The position numbers and the translations under genes were made by a program. The notes under the pieces were generated by a model that ran no database searches, was not told where the DNA came from, and was given only the letters and a program-made list of their open reading frames with translations. 64,000 nucleotides of DNA from positions 17,608,001 to 17,672,000 of the forward strand of contig OX442314.1 of NCBI GenBank assembly GCA_949358305.1, given 5' to 3'. The stretch comes from Strigamia acuminata (lineage: Eukaryota). Below are positions 44,301 to 59,435 of the stretch, piece by piece (the stretch's first letter is position 1; every line of letters starts with the position of its first letter).

Positions 44301-44713
44301 AAGCAAAACCTGAAAAAATAATAGTTGAATCAGTTACGGGAAAATGAGGTAATATACCGGTAGAAAACTGGTTTTTTTTAGACAACTGCTGACTCAAAAC
44401 AGTGACTTTCACTATGCTCTACATCACACGCATATCTTTTTTACATTTTTTTTATCAAACCAAGCAGAAATAATAATTTATTATTGTAGGTATTCATGCT
44501 ATGGGTTTGGAAAAGTGCCAGTTATTGTATCAGTATCAGAATACGAATAAGAATAAATATTTTTAATACCTTAATTACTTTCCCTTTTGTACCACTCAAC
44601 CATCCATCCTGTATTTGTTTTTTTTGTGCATCCGGTCGGTATTCAATGTCAATATTTTCGGAATCGGCATCCCATTTGGTATATGCTTTTTTCCCTCGAA
44701 TATAATCGCCCAT
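41398..44713 (-). CDS. Glutamate carboxypeptidase II / NAALADase-like M28 protein, predicted catalytically inactive
   Basis: Type II TM protein with PA domain ([24 protein letters not shown]), peptidase domain (GNHYDSW, GDPGTG, WDAKEFG, YINTD, GSSDY) and TfR-type dimerisation domain (ELERALI, RHALFGP, SFPQV). Confidence 0.9.
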
Positions 44714-45491
44714 TTTTGAATTCTGGAATAAACAGTAAACAAACTGATACCGTTTTGGAATTTTTATTTTTTTTTTGGATTAAATTCAATGAGATTTTTT
44801 TTCTTTCAATTTACGTATAATTTTTGTTTAAAACAAACATGAAAAAAGGCTGAATTTTGTTCAACACATGTCAAAAGAACCTTGCATGATTTTATGCTTC
44901 AAAGTTTTTTAAAAAATATATAAAAATACCTACAAATGAAAATGAAATTTGGAATTACGGTAGTAAACAATAACAATCGGTTAAATTCTTTCTTCGATCC
45001 TCTACGTCAAGATATTTGAAACGAAGCACTGCGCCGTATACCCATCTAATTCCCTCTAGTTCATTTGATTTGGATACTGATCTGTAGATAGAATCACGAT
45101 GTTGCCGCTTATGGACACTGATCAACGAGGAGCGGGAGGGATTTTAACTGGATGACGAAAACAAACGTCATCATCGCTGCTTACTGTTCCCATTACACTT
45201 CCGTAGAATAGTTTTCACGTTGATTCTTATTTACGAGAATTTCTTTGTCTTTTTTCCGAATGTCACTTCAAAGGAAACACGATCTTTCATCAAACAAACA
45301 TTTTGTCTGGTTTTCATCAATAAACCAATTTTATTTTATTTATGCTTTAGACAAACGTACCGTAGATTAAACCGCATCTGACAAGTCCTGCCATCTTGTG
45401 TAAAATTGTATAAATGTAAAATAAAATAGGAAGAATTATTTTTGAGTAAAGAAAACAACGAGCAAATTTCGCTTTATTTTTCCATTCATTC

Positions 45492-45524
45492 GCCAAAAAT
45501 CGAGCCAAAAATCGAGCCAAAAAT
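45492..45524. repeat. 12-bp tandem repeat (GCCAAAAATCGA x2.75)
   Basis: Read directly in the divergent intergenic region between the GCPII-like gene and CAPZB. Confidence 0.85.
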
Positions 45525-45740
45525 GCATAAAGTAGCTTAAACAGCGTGCACAGTGTTGCCATCTTTCGTTGATTTTTAGTCGAACGTTCTACCTAAATAA
45601 CTGATTGCCATTGGTGGAAATTCGCTGGCATTCGCACACACATCACACCGACATTCCACCATTTTTGTGTGGTGCGTGTGTGTTGATATCGATGACCGGT
45701 TTCTAGTAATTCTTACATTGAAGTTATAACTGAAGTGAAA

Positions 45741-47271
<1,531 letters not shown>

Positions 47272-50200
47272 GGGGAGAATAAATGTTACAAAAATGGTAT
47301 CTTGTACAAAATAGTGAAAAATGTAAGTCAATTCGATTGGATTGAACTTGTATATTACCAAAACAACCGTTTATCATACCTGCATTCCTAGCTGAAGTTA
47401 TTATTTTGTGCTTATTGTTTTAGGTTAAAATGAAAATATGTAAATTAAGGAAGGTTAAAACAGTGATGTACATTTTTTAGAAAGGTCTCGTTGTACACAC
47501 GTGGTAATTTGCTTAATTTGGGTTGATTCGGGTTGTTCATGAATTTTTGTTTAATAACCAATTAATAAAAACCTCTTTTTTGTTATTTGTAAGCATTTAA
47601 ATAAAAGCTTGTAATTTTGTGGTTATAATTTAAATTTATAATTTAAAATTTAAAATTACCATGCAAAAAAAATCAAAATTTTGTTTAAAAATTGCGCTAT
47701 TATTTTCGTCTCTAAACATTTGTTTTCGTATGAAAAACATTTGATCTTATTATATAATGAATTTTTTTCTAATTTCAATTTATATGTCATCCATAAAAGT
47801 TTTGTTTTCTTATGGTCAGAATTGTTTGATTTCAAATTCAGACATTTATTGGTCCCTAGGTTGGCTAGGACTGATTTGATGAATCCAAAACGAAGTACAA
47901 CACGTTTATTTTTTTATTAACGAAGGATGTATATCTTTCGGAATAAGACATGTGTTGTTTTGGGATTGGGATGTTTGTTTTCGCAGTGCTGACATGGTTT
48001 ATTAGACCTTGCAACATGCCCTCGTTAAACGAACGTAACGGTTTAACGGTGGCGCCACTGTAGGTAGGGTTGTCAGCGGTCAAGCCACGCATACTTTTTA
48101 AATTCCTGTTGGCTAAAAAGATGTGTTCAAAACAAGTTTTCGGACGAGTTGCTTCAATTCAAAGAAACATCCAATTCAGTTGTAACTCGAAATGCGCTTA
48201 TTGACAACATTTGGATGATTTTTATTCCAAGAACTATAATACCAGTATAGTTTTTCACTCGGAAGCCGAAGTTTAGGAAATGCTGGTTCAACAGGTTCAA
48301 CCTTTCCGTGAAGTGAAAAACTTGAAAACAACTTAACAAATTACTCGGTAAGGAAATTAATTTTGTTCTAAAATAATAATTATGGAAAAAAATAATAATA
48401 ATAGTACGAATTTTTAAAACGAGAGAAAAACTTTCTGACGCCAGTTGCGTGTTGTTTTGGAAATGACGATGACTAATACTCACCACTTTTATTTTTGCAT
48501 TTTGAACAAGGAAAAATGCATTATTAATTAAATTAAATGGAAAGCTGGGTCTCTGAACTGCACTTAAACATTTATTATTATCATTACGGTAGATATATAA
48601 GTCGTAGCGAGTGAAAGTTATAAAAATATAGGAACAAAGTGCAAGGACAAAAATAAAAATCGAGTTATTGTTCCACGATGCCAGTTGAACGACTTTTCGG
48701 TATTCTCAGAAGTCAAGGTAATAATAAAAGCCAGGAATGAATTTGGTGGTCAAGGACAAGAGCTTGATGCTCTCCTGTAGTTCACCTGTTGGTACTCGGT
48801 ATGGTCATGCATGAATCGCCTTTAATTTCACATGGAAAAATATCTTCCAACAGCTGGTGTATGAGAACAAACAGCTAAATTGTTCATTTTCCCGATTAGC
48901 ATCTCAAATTATAACTTTTTTTCAAACTTGGGTGAGCATCAAGGTCAACACCAAATTGATATTAAACGCCTAATAAAATAAGACAACAAACTGAAACGGA
49001 AATTAAAAAATTCATCAAATGAAATTTTCAAAACTAAAAAAAAAATTAAAAAAATCTGCTGCACCTTGTCAACTTTAATTTCACTATAAAAACGTACCGT
49101 AGTGAGGATCAAGTTTTATGAAATCATAACTTTTCATTTCACCGTAACCGGAATAAAATAAGCAAATTCGATTCCATTGTGTTTTTAAAAGCACATCGAC
49201 CTAATGGATGGGTGTAGGTGAGGTAATGGTGCCCGTGCCCTTGACTATTGGGTTGGGCTACCATACAAAATACTAAAAAACACAAAACTTGATCTTCTGG
49301 TTTGTCCTTCTCGAACTTTAATCCGTGAACCTTTCGTTAATGATAGAATAGCAGTATCGTAATGATGGAAAGAAGTAGGTAAATGAAATTCGAGATAATC
49401 CATTTGAGAATTGGAACGTAATAGTTCGTAGAGAAAAATCGGGACAACGAGTTTAAGTACTTACATTTAGGTTAGAAAGAGGTAAATATTTCCTAGTTAT
49501 GATTTTTTTCTGCCCCTTCAAATTCTTGTTTTTTGTTTTGTGTCAGTAAATCACGCGATTTCCTAATTATTAACGTGTTTTTCGGTCTTTCCGGAACGGA
49601 TCATTTATTTTAGTCATTAAAAGACCGAAAATCGTGTGATTTATTGCCCGGAAAACACTAAAAAAAATTAAATGTGTCTCATATTTATGCCAATTAAATG
49701 AGGATCTCTTTTTTTCAAGTGAAAATGGAAGAAATAAATGGATATTTTTCAAAATTTTGTTTCATAATTGCATCAAATTTGACTTTCCTCGATCCCACAT
49801 GTTGCTTGTGTCTAGAGGCTATTCGAAATTACAACAAAAACTCTGGTTTAACTCAGTCATGACTCAGTAGAAGTGAATCATGAAGTTGTTACGGAACTAG
49901 CATTTGGAAGCGGTTCATTAAACCATAACTAATAACCCATCCTTGTGCTTGAACTCTTCGCATGTTTGCCCATTTTTCACAGCGCTTCAGAACCAGGTGA
50001 GGGATATTTTTATATTGGTAAACACGTGGGAGCAATTGAAAACGTGTAGATTCTTAAAAGCGTTAATGTATAAACAGTTTAAAACTTTTCGTGTTATTTT
50101 TTTTTAAAAATTTTGTTTTGATATTGCCCATCAGTTTCCGTGCAGCTGGCTCTTATTATGCTTGGCGCAGGAAACTGTAACCCTGGAATCAAAGTCTGCA

Positions 50201-52783
50201 TCTTAACTGTAGTTTTACTGTCCACAATCTCTTGGAATTATCTTTTGTTTGTGTGTTATTATACTGCTAATATCATTTTATATTTGCTTTTTATGTCCCA
50301 ATTTAACTTTTATCAGGTATTTTTTTAAATTAACTTGTTACCACATGTGAATCTCAAGAATTCCAAGCCAAATTGATAGTAAACAGCAGACAAAAGTGTT
50401 TTTCTTCCTTTTAAAAGTTGAATTTGAAGTGTATTTAGATTATTTTATCAAAGGATAGTGGTTTGGTTGAGGCGTGGTACTCAAAAACTCACTTAGTTTC
50501 CCAAAATATACGGTATAGAAAATTGATTGAATGGTGGGATTATTCACGGAAATCAGAATAAACGATCCTTAGATAATACACTGTTCTGTCCTTGAAATAA
50601 GTACATCATTTGAATCTGTGGCCTTGTGGAATTTAAATAGAGAATAATTGATGGCGAGCAAATCAATAACACAATTCGATTATTTTTATTTATTTATTTA
50701 TTTATGGGTTGTAATTTATTATATTGTATTATCTAAAAAACAAAAATATTCCTGATAAGAAATTACAAAGGTCAGCTCAATATTACCAACGACCTATAGG
50801 CGATAGTCGAGTAAACCATAGTGAATTTCCACGCCACATCTGTTAAGTCACAGTCACCTTTCCCCCGCTTAAACCACTACAGAGTGAAGTCCAGGGCATG
50901 ACTCATACCTCATCAAACCCAAACTTCCATGAGGATCGGGGTTTGTGTTTGTGGGTCTTTGTAGCGGCCAACCTCGGCCAGGCCATATTTTAAACAAAAT
51001 CGTCGTTGCAACAATGCCAAATGTTCGCATTTGACTCACGTTTGTGGAGGAAAAATTCCTGATGTTTTGTTCCATCAATGAAAGTGCATCTGCATCGTTA
51101 TAAATTGAATCGTTATGGAAGCGGACGAACCCGTGTTTGAAAATGGATCGATCCTTCGCCAGACCCAAACTGATGTCGGCTGCCGTTTCCAGCACCAACC
51201 GGCTGTTTTTCGTAACGGAAATTAAGTGAAAATGTGTAGCAATATTAAATATTTCGGAGGTGAGTTTGTGAGTGTGGAATTACTGATTATTAAGGAGTTG
51301 GTCAGTGATGTGGTTTCATCCGAAATTGCCCTGTGTGAGTCAGTTTTTCCCGTCGAAAAATGCATGGGATTGAATTCATGGACGAATGACGGTTCATTAT
51401 AGTTCAGGTTTTTATTTACTTTAATTCGAAATTGGCTCGGGTTCGCTATTTATGTACGGTATTTATTCAGGTATCAAATTGTGTGTGGGTGTAGAATTGC
51501 TCAATTTTATTTGCTTCGAACCTGATCTGGATGGTTTCAACATACACAAATAAAAATTTGAGACTAAACATTTGTGAGGGTGAGAAAAATTCGCGAATTT
51601 TTCTAATTTATATTTACTAATTCTTTGTATTTATTGGCATATGTTGTGTGAAAACAACATGTGTGATTAAATGTCAACATCCTGCGGTATCGGAAATAAA
51701 TTCACAATTAAAACGTTTAATTTTAATTTTTTAATTTTTTTAATTTCTTTATTTTTTAAATTTCCGGAAGGTTAAAATTAAAATATAAACGAAAATGAAG
51801 TTTGTGGAGTGTGGAGCGTATCAAGTTCCCCAGGAAGTGTGAAAATTCTTAACTAGAAAATGAGGATGTGCTCTTTTTTATTCTTTTAACTTCCCCACTT
51901 AATTACGAGAGATTTGAGACATTTTTCCAGCAGAAATAGAGCAATTGTACACTTCGAAGATGGAGCAGAGCAATTGTAAGTATTGTAATCTGTAATTAAA
52001 TGGCAAGGGTTATCAGAAGAAAAAATATGAGAGAAAAAAATGATGTCATTTGAAATGGAGTACGAGGGAAAGGAGATTCGTGACTACTGTTGTTTTCATA
52101 AGATAATTGTATCATTTAAATAACAAATTTATGTAAGTGATTTTCATCTCACTATTCTATTTGACCTCTTATATATCAAATTCAGGCCTATTGTGCATTG
52201 TGATTCTGATTATTGATGATGATAAAAGGGGATTTGTTGTTGCACTGTGATCAAATCAGTAGCTTGGATAAAGTCGTTTATTTGGTTAGTAGTTTTTATT
52301 CTATTTTTATTTATTTTTTTTAAATAAAAGATAAATATTTGCTTCTGTCTCGTGCGCATATTTATTATTTTTAAATTTATTTGTTGCTTGCGGTTTGTCA
52401 GGGTCATTGGATGTTTCAAGTCACATGTTTTTTCTGTGGAGTCTCGAAAGGAAGTGACAAAATGATAACCGCAGGCTTTTTTTTCAACATTTAGGCGTTG
52501 AAGGGTGTGAAAAAGTAGCTTTAGTTGAGTGGTATGTGGAATTTGGAATCAGGTGTGGCGATTTTGGTTTTTAAATATTTCCAAAGGGTTAGTGAAGTTA
52601 TGTTGGCTTCGTGCCATTGTGGCCAATGACTTTTGGCACTCATTAAAATTGAACGCTTATTTAGGCACGAGAAATGTTTTGAAAGTAAACTGATATATTG
52701 ATTCTATGTTTGTATAAAGTATTTATTTATTTATTTATTTATTTATTATTTTTTGTTTTTTCCAGGGTTGGGAGTGAGCCAAT

Positions 52784-55700
52784 ATGCCGGAATTGATGGC
52801 TATTGTAACGGAACGACCTCGACCCAAACCCAGAGCTTCATTGCGATTATCATCTAATCAGAATATTCAACAATATCCACTCTATCAGAATTTGCTGTAC
52901 ATATCTGATGTTGCAAACAATGGCAGTAAATTGTGCGAATCTTTGCGCGCCCAGGCAGCGGATAAACCCAAGCCGAGAAGACGATCTTTGCTGGATCCAC
53001 CAATTCTAGAAGAAAGGAAATTTGATGAGAATTGGGAGTTTTCAGTGCGTGAAAAAACCGCCCCAGTTGATCAAAATTTAAACGTGGAAAATTACAAGTG
53101 CATTTTGTCGGCAGAAAAAGATATTAAACGTAATGGAGACAAGCGGGGTGCAGACAGTGACTCGAATAAATTGAATGAGAAAACTACTGACCGATTCCAA
53201 CCTATAAAGTGTATGCCATACAATTCTCCCCGGTTAAATAAAGCTTCTCGTGGATTAAATTTAACGATGCAACGATCACGAGAAGCCAAAACTTCCGCTT
53301 TGCCACGAGCAGTGGGAACTAACTGTGCTAGTAAAACAAGTGCTCACAGTATGGACTCTTTAGGTAAAAGGGTCCAAAGTGTTGCCTCGAAAAACATTCC
53401 GAGTAGGAGCGAAAGAGGCGCCGTATCGACTTTTACTCAGCTGAGGAAATCGTCATTCAGAAAAATGGAAGAAGTGTCCAGTTCGAAAGATAACGATACT
53501 GCGAAATCTCAATGCGATTACAGAAGAAGGGTCGGAAGTGTGACTAAAGACGCGGATAAGCGGAAGTCTGCCGCAATTCCCCCACAGATGGTGGCTAATT
53601 TAGCAAATAAATTTAACGCGATGATTTCCGAGAATCACAAGGTTCCCGGAGCAAGTGTGGATGCTGGCAGGAAACGAATTAACAGCAAGGGCTCATCCGC
53701 ACTGTCTGTACAATCCTGTCCATCGAGTCCGTTGAGAACTAATTTGACGCTTAGAAATAGAAAGGAGCCTCCAAACGCGCGGGACGCTAACGTGCCGAAA
53801 TTATCGTCGGTTAATCTGAGAAATAATGGGAATGCGAGGAAAGAAGAAATTCGAAAAATTGTAAAAACTTCGATTCCCACTTCGTGTTCACCCAAGGCGT
53901 CCTCGCCAAAAATCTGTTCACCGAGAGCTGGGTCGCCCAAGCCCGCGTCCTCGCCAAAAATCTGTTCACCGAGAGCTGGGTCGCCCAAGCCCGCGTCCTC
54001 GCCAAAAATCTGTTCACCGAGGGCTGGTTCGCCCAAACCCGCATCCTCTCCCAAGGCTGGTTCGCCCAAGGCCTCGAGTCCCAATGCTGTGAGAAGAAAA
54101 AGTTTCGTTCAACAAGCCGTTATGAATTATGAAGTGTGCGTATCTGCTTCATCATCACCCGAAATAAAAAGGCGAAATTCATTACCTAAGAGAACAGTCT
54201 CATCATTGGCGGATGAAAAGAGCAGAGTGGACGCGTTCGCTTCGCCGGTCTTACTCCGGAGGTTGTTGCAAAGTGCGGCCGATGTGAAGGCATCAAAGTT
54301 CACTTCAGGGTTTAATCATCATCTCGAGGCGAGGCAATCCAGCGATACACGAATTAATCAGCGATTTAACCAACAGGAAATGCCGAAGACAGGAGGGGGG
54401 CAATCGGAAGGAAGAATTGCTACTGGTTGTAGTCAGAGCTCGGGCCTGGAAAGAGAAGGTCGTGTCCTTCAAACACCACTCACAAAGGATTGTATTGAGT
54501 TGATTAAACAAAATGCTAGTGAAAGTGCCATGAAAACATCTATGATTGCTGCTTCGCAATTGGGGTCAAGTAAATCTGACCAAAATACCTCGTTATCATC
54601 AACCACCGATTTTTGTTCGGAATCCGTGAACTGTGAAAAGGTAACAACGAATTCTGGTGTTTCGGCGTTGGCTAGAGGTCGGCAGTTGTTCGACAAAAGG
54701 GTTTCGAGTGTTGTTAATGATAAAAAGAGTGCGTTTGCTGTTAATCAGATTAATCGTGCGCCGCCACCGTTACCAGCTACGCAACCGAGACAAATTAATA
54801 ACAGAACAAGCATGAGAAGAAATAACTCGAGTGTTAAAGGTGAGCTTTTGGCTGCGGAAAATAAAGTGCAATCTTTAAAAAACGTCCAGTCCAGTTTCTT
54901 ACATTCGAATTTAATCGATAACGCGTGTGATAACAAAACTAATCAGTCGAATGCTGCGAATTGTGGCGGATACAAAAGCGCTGGTGTGAAAGTCAGTAAT
55001 GAAACAATTGCTGGGTTCAAGTCTAGTTTTTTACATTCGCTCAACGTTGAGGAAGTTGACGGCAAATTAAATGAAACTAGTTCCGTGATAATCGAGAAGA
55101 AATTAATGATCGAAAAAACGAACTACGTGCCCAATACTTCGTTTCTTTGGAGGCAGAAAAATGCAGCGACGAATGGATCCATTCCACCGCCGCCCAATAG
55201 TGCGCCCCCGCCGATACCGGAACAAAATGAGGACCTAAGGGATTGTGATAATATTTATGACGATGTTGTGAGTCCGTGTTCCGACGAGTTCTACGATGAA
55301 CCAGTGTATACCGAAGCTCAAATATCGCCGCAAAATAATTTACTAACAAACAATGCTGGTACGTAGTAATTTAATTGATGGTGAGATCAAATTATTTGAG
55401 AGTTAATTGAGCTTTTAATTTTTTTTTTGCAGAGATCATTACAAATAATGAGAGTGATGAAGGTTGGGTGGATGTGAGTGACACAGAAATGGAAGGAAAT
55501 GGGCACAAGGAAATGCTTTCCTTACCCGTGTATGTATTTCTGTTTATTTTTGAATTTATCTTTTATTGACACTAAAGACACTGCGTAGTCAGTAGGGCAT
55601 ATCTTTAGTTTGTCGCACTACCGATTGTTTTGTAATTGAGTTGTGCTAATTATAATCTTTTGTTTTCTTTTTTATTATTACTGTAGTAACACCAGGGCGA

Positions 55701-58700
55701 AAAATATGTGCTGGAAAAATGTACAGAAACGGAACAGTATTTCGCGGAGAGCGTCGTGGTGTCAAGATGAAAACAAGCACGATTCGAGCAAAGTTCCAAT
55801 GAATTCTGCCGCCGAAGATTATGCGGATGTAATTGATTAATCGATTTAATTTTATGTTTAAGTGAAAGGTTTAATCGATCTTTGTGTTTTGTTTAGTTCG
55901 ATGATGATTTTTCGGGGAGTGATGAATCCAATTCAACAAATCCAGATCATCATTACGAAGCGGTGTATAAATTAAATCAAGATCGATTTAAAACTGCTTC
56001 CAAACATGATCAGGACGCAAGCGCCGATTGCATTTTGGAGGAATCACCCTGTGAAACCGAAAATAAAGAATTTGCCAGTCGGTGTTCTCTCGCCAGTGAG
56101 ACCAACGTGATCGACCTGAAAGAAAAGCGGCTTAAACGTAATTGGTCTCTGACCAAAAGTGACATTCGTTTGGAATTGACGTCCAGACTCAATAAAATTC
56201 GGATTAAAAAGACATCGACGAGTGCAACTGACGTTCATTCAGTTCAGGCATCAGTGGAAACGAAAAAAACCAAACCTTGGTCCTTAAAGACAAAGTTTTC
56301 TCGAAAAAATTCGGATCCTCCTTCGCCTACGAAGAAATCTCCATCTCCGAAGAAGGAAAGTGCTTTGTTTTATGTGCCAAATTGCATTTCTAATAACGAA
56401 ACGTCGGAGGAAAGCGCCCGGAACGAAATATCTATTGTCGCTATGCAAGTGGGTCGCAGATCATCAAGGTCTAATGTTGTTCGACCCCGAGAGGCTCCGC
56501 CAGCGCCCCCCATTCAAGCTATTCCAAAACACAGAACGGATAGTGTCTGGTCAGTTGAGTCGAGCAAACGGACTTCTATATCGAGTGACTGGGAATTAGT
56601 TCAGGAAAATGATAATTACTCGAGGTTTTCGGGATCGATTAATTCAGGTGAAGGTTGACAAATGTTTTTAAGAGTTCGTTTTATTGATTTATTAATTAAA
56701 GGTAGGAATATCGAATCCGATACCGAATCCACGCGTTCGGGAGCACACAGCAACGATATGGATTTGAAAAGTTCGAGTAAGGCTGCGGTTTCTAGATCAA
56801 GTAGTACTGTGTCGTCCGAAAGCGAAGTTCCAAGTTTTTTACCAACGTCACCCAAGATAAGGTAATCTTGATTTGTCAGAGCATCGTTGACTTTTATTTC
56901 ATTTTACATTTGTTATCTTATCAAGTTAAATTCTTTGAGAATTTATTTCAAAATGGATCGCCGTTTTAAAAGTTCTTATACTAATGTTCGGAGTTCAACT
57001 AAAACCACTGCGTCGTCTTACAGATCTTCCATCGCGAGCTCTGGATCTAGTAGTTCGAGCGACAGTTTCCACCAAGCGGATGACGTGGAATTATCACTCG
57101 TGCAACAAATGCAATTGCTGTTTCAACAAGCTTCTGAACGCCATACTTTAATGAGTGTAACTTCCACAGGTTCTGGCACTAATATCAGTAGTAGCGATTA
57201 CGAGGAAGGAAGTGAAGTTATTTTAAGAGTAAGTACTTTACGTGCGAATTAAAGTGATACTAGATAATAAAAAAAAACACTTTTTTAGTCCTATTATTAA
57301 TGTTTTTATTTTTTTCTCTTAGCATTCGCACACGGCGTTGTTGTCACCCTTCAGAGATGAACCGCTGTATCAATTTTATAGCATCGATGCAAGAAAAAGA
57401 GCGACTCAGATGAATTTTCTAGAAGATTCGGACGATGAAATTTATGAGGCTATTTATGAAGTTGAAAAAAATCCAGTTCTTAAGTCGGAACTTACGGCAA
57501 TGGATTTACTCGGACCTGGTGAAACGAGTCAAAGATCTCTGTGGGGAGAACTTAGCGAGGTAGTTACATAAATATTTTTTTTTAATTTATTGTTACTAAC
57601 GGCTGCCTACTAATGGCTGCCTACTCAGGTTAGAAACAGTGGAATTTTAAATAAAATCACACCTCAGCAACGAGGGATTCAGGAAGCAATGTTCGAAGTG
57701 ATCACTTCGGAAGCTTCTTACCTCAAGAGTTTAAACGTCTTGGTTCATCATTTTATGAATTGTCCGCAATTGAAAGATGTTATTCTATCGGATTGTGCGC
57801 TGACAAAACAAGAGTGGAAAATTCTATTTTCAGACGTGGCACCTGTGAAAGAAGTCAGTGAGAAGTAAGTTTTAGTTATTTATTTGAAATTTGAATGAAT
57901 TGTGCGGAGTTTAATGCAGTATTTTGCAGGTTACTGGCGGATTTAGAAAAAAGGTGGCAAGAAAATGTAATGATGGAGGAAATCTGTGATATCTTACTTG
58001 ATCACGCCAGTAGAAATTTCAGTGTGTTTGTTAAGTATTGCTCTAACCAGTTGTATCAAGACAGAACTTTGAAACAACTCAAGTAAGTAAAAGTAAAAAT
58101 TGGAAGTAAATTGAAGCAAATTTTTAAATATTTTCTGTTTTAGAGAGAAAAACACTCAGTTTGTAGAAGTATTAAAAAAATTGGAATCTAGTCCAAAGTG
58201 CCAAAGCCTAGCAATGCATTCTTTTCTTATGTTGCCTATGCAAAGAATCACTCGTCTTCCTTTGCTGATAGATGCAATTTTTAATCGTTTGGTCGAGGGA
58301 AGTGCACAATATAACAATTGCCAATTGGCTTTAAAGAAAGTTAATTCTGTAAGTATTGAAAGTTGGTTTGTTACGAATTGATGGAATGTAACGGGTTTGT
58401 TTCGATTGAAGATTGTTCAAGAATGCAATGAAGGAGCTCGCAAACTGGCTCGCATGGAAGAAATGGTCGTCATTGCACAATCGCTAAACTTCAGGGATAT
58501 TAAAAATGTAGGCATAGTTTCCGTCTCCAGATGGCTCGTCAAACGTGGTGCACTTCAGAAATTGACGTATCAAGAAATCTCATCTAAATTGGGTTTTAAT
58601 GTACGCCGCATGGTGAAGCAAACTATATATTTATTTTTGTTTACGGATCATTTAATGATCACCAAGAAAAAAGGGTTAGTGTTATTTACACGTAATATTT

Positions 58701-59435
58701 TTAGGAATAATTATTTTATTTTATTTTTTATTTTTGTATGGTTAGAGAGGAATCTTATCATGTTCTTGATCACTGCCCCCGAAATATGGTCCAGGTTTCT
58801 GAGATTAATCATACCGAACAGCTCCCAGCAAGGCCTCCTGACGGTTGTAAATATTTATTCAAATTAACTATGCTGCAAAACTGTGAAAACAAGACGGTGG
58901 AAATGATTTTGTCATCAGTTACCGAGTGAGTTTTTAAAAACAATTTGCGTTTAATTAAAAACTAATTCTTATTTGTCTTTTAAGGAGCGACAAAGCTCGA
59001 TGGATGGAAGCTGTAACTCCAAAAATTTCGGAAAATCCGGATGAGAAAATATACGAGTCGTGGGGTAAAATTTAATAAATTTCGATTGTTTTATTCAATT
59101 TAAAAAATAAATATATGTAAATATATTTAGATTGTCCACAAGTGCAAGCGATACACCCATACGTTGCGCAGGAATCGGATGAATTAAGTATTGAAGAGTC
59201 CGATGCTGTCAATGTATACAGGAAAGTAGCTGATGGTAAGAACTTTTGCAAAATATTGGTAACATAAGTTAAACGATTGCCATTTTTTTAAGGTTGGTTT
59301 TTTGGAGAACGTATACGAGATGGATCTCAGGGGTGGTTTCCTGGAAACTACACTAACGAAATTCTTAGTGCGCACGTTCGTGCACGAAATTTACGTCAAC
59401 GATATCGTTTATTGGAGGGTTTGGCCAAACGATAA
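52784..59435 (+). CDS. Exn: Ephexin-family RhoGEF (DH-PH-SH3) with very long disordered N-terminus
   Basis: An 860-codon first coding exon, then EPLYQFY, QEAMFEVITSEASYLKSL (DH), SFLMLPMQRITRLPLL, SRWLVKRG/YLFLFTD (PH), IYESWDCPQVQAIHPY..DELS...GWFPGNY (SH3) and RARNLRQRYRL*. Confidence 0.92.
53897..54082 (+). repeat. Coding 48-bp minisatellite (3 units plus degenerate tail) encoding ASSPKICSPRAGSPKP
   Basis: Units 53897-53944 and 53945-53992 are identical. Unit 53993-54040 differs only at synonymous sites, and partial copies follow. Confidence 0.95.

Noticed and set aside
50869..51198. 109-aa minus-strand ORF
   Set aside because: Non-ATG start and no motifs; it lies in the Ephexin upstream/5' UTR region.
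53635..54132. Repetitive ORFs in alternative frames and a CRISPR-like appearance
   Set aside because: They are shadows of the coding 48-bp tandem repeat; there are no unique spacers and the context is eukaryotic.
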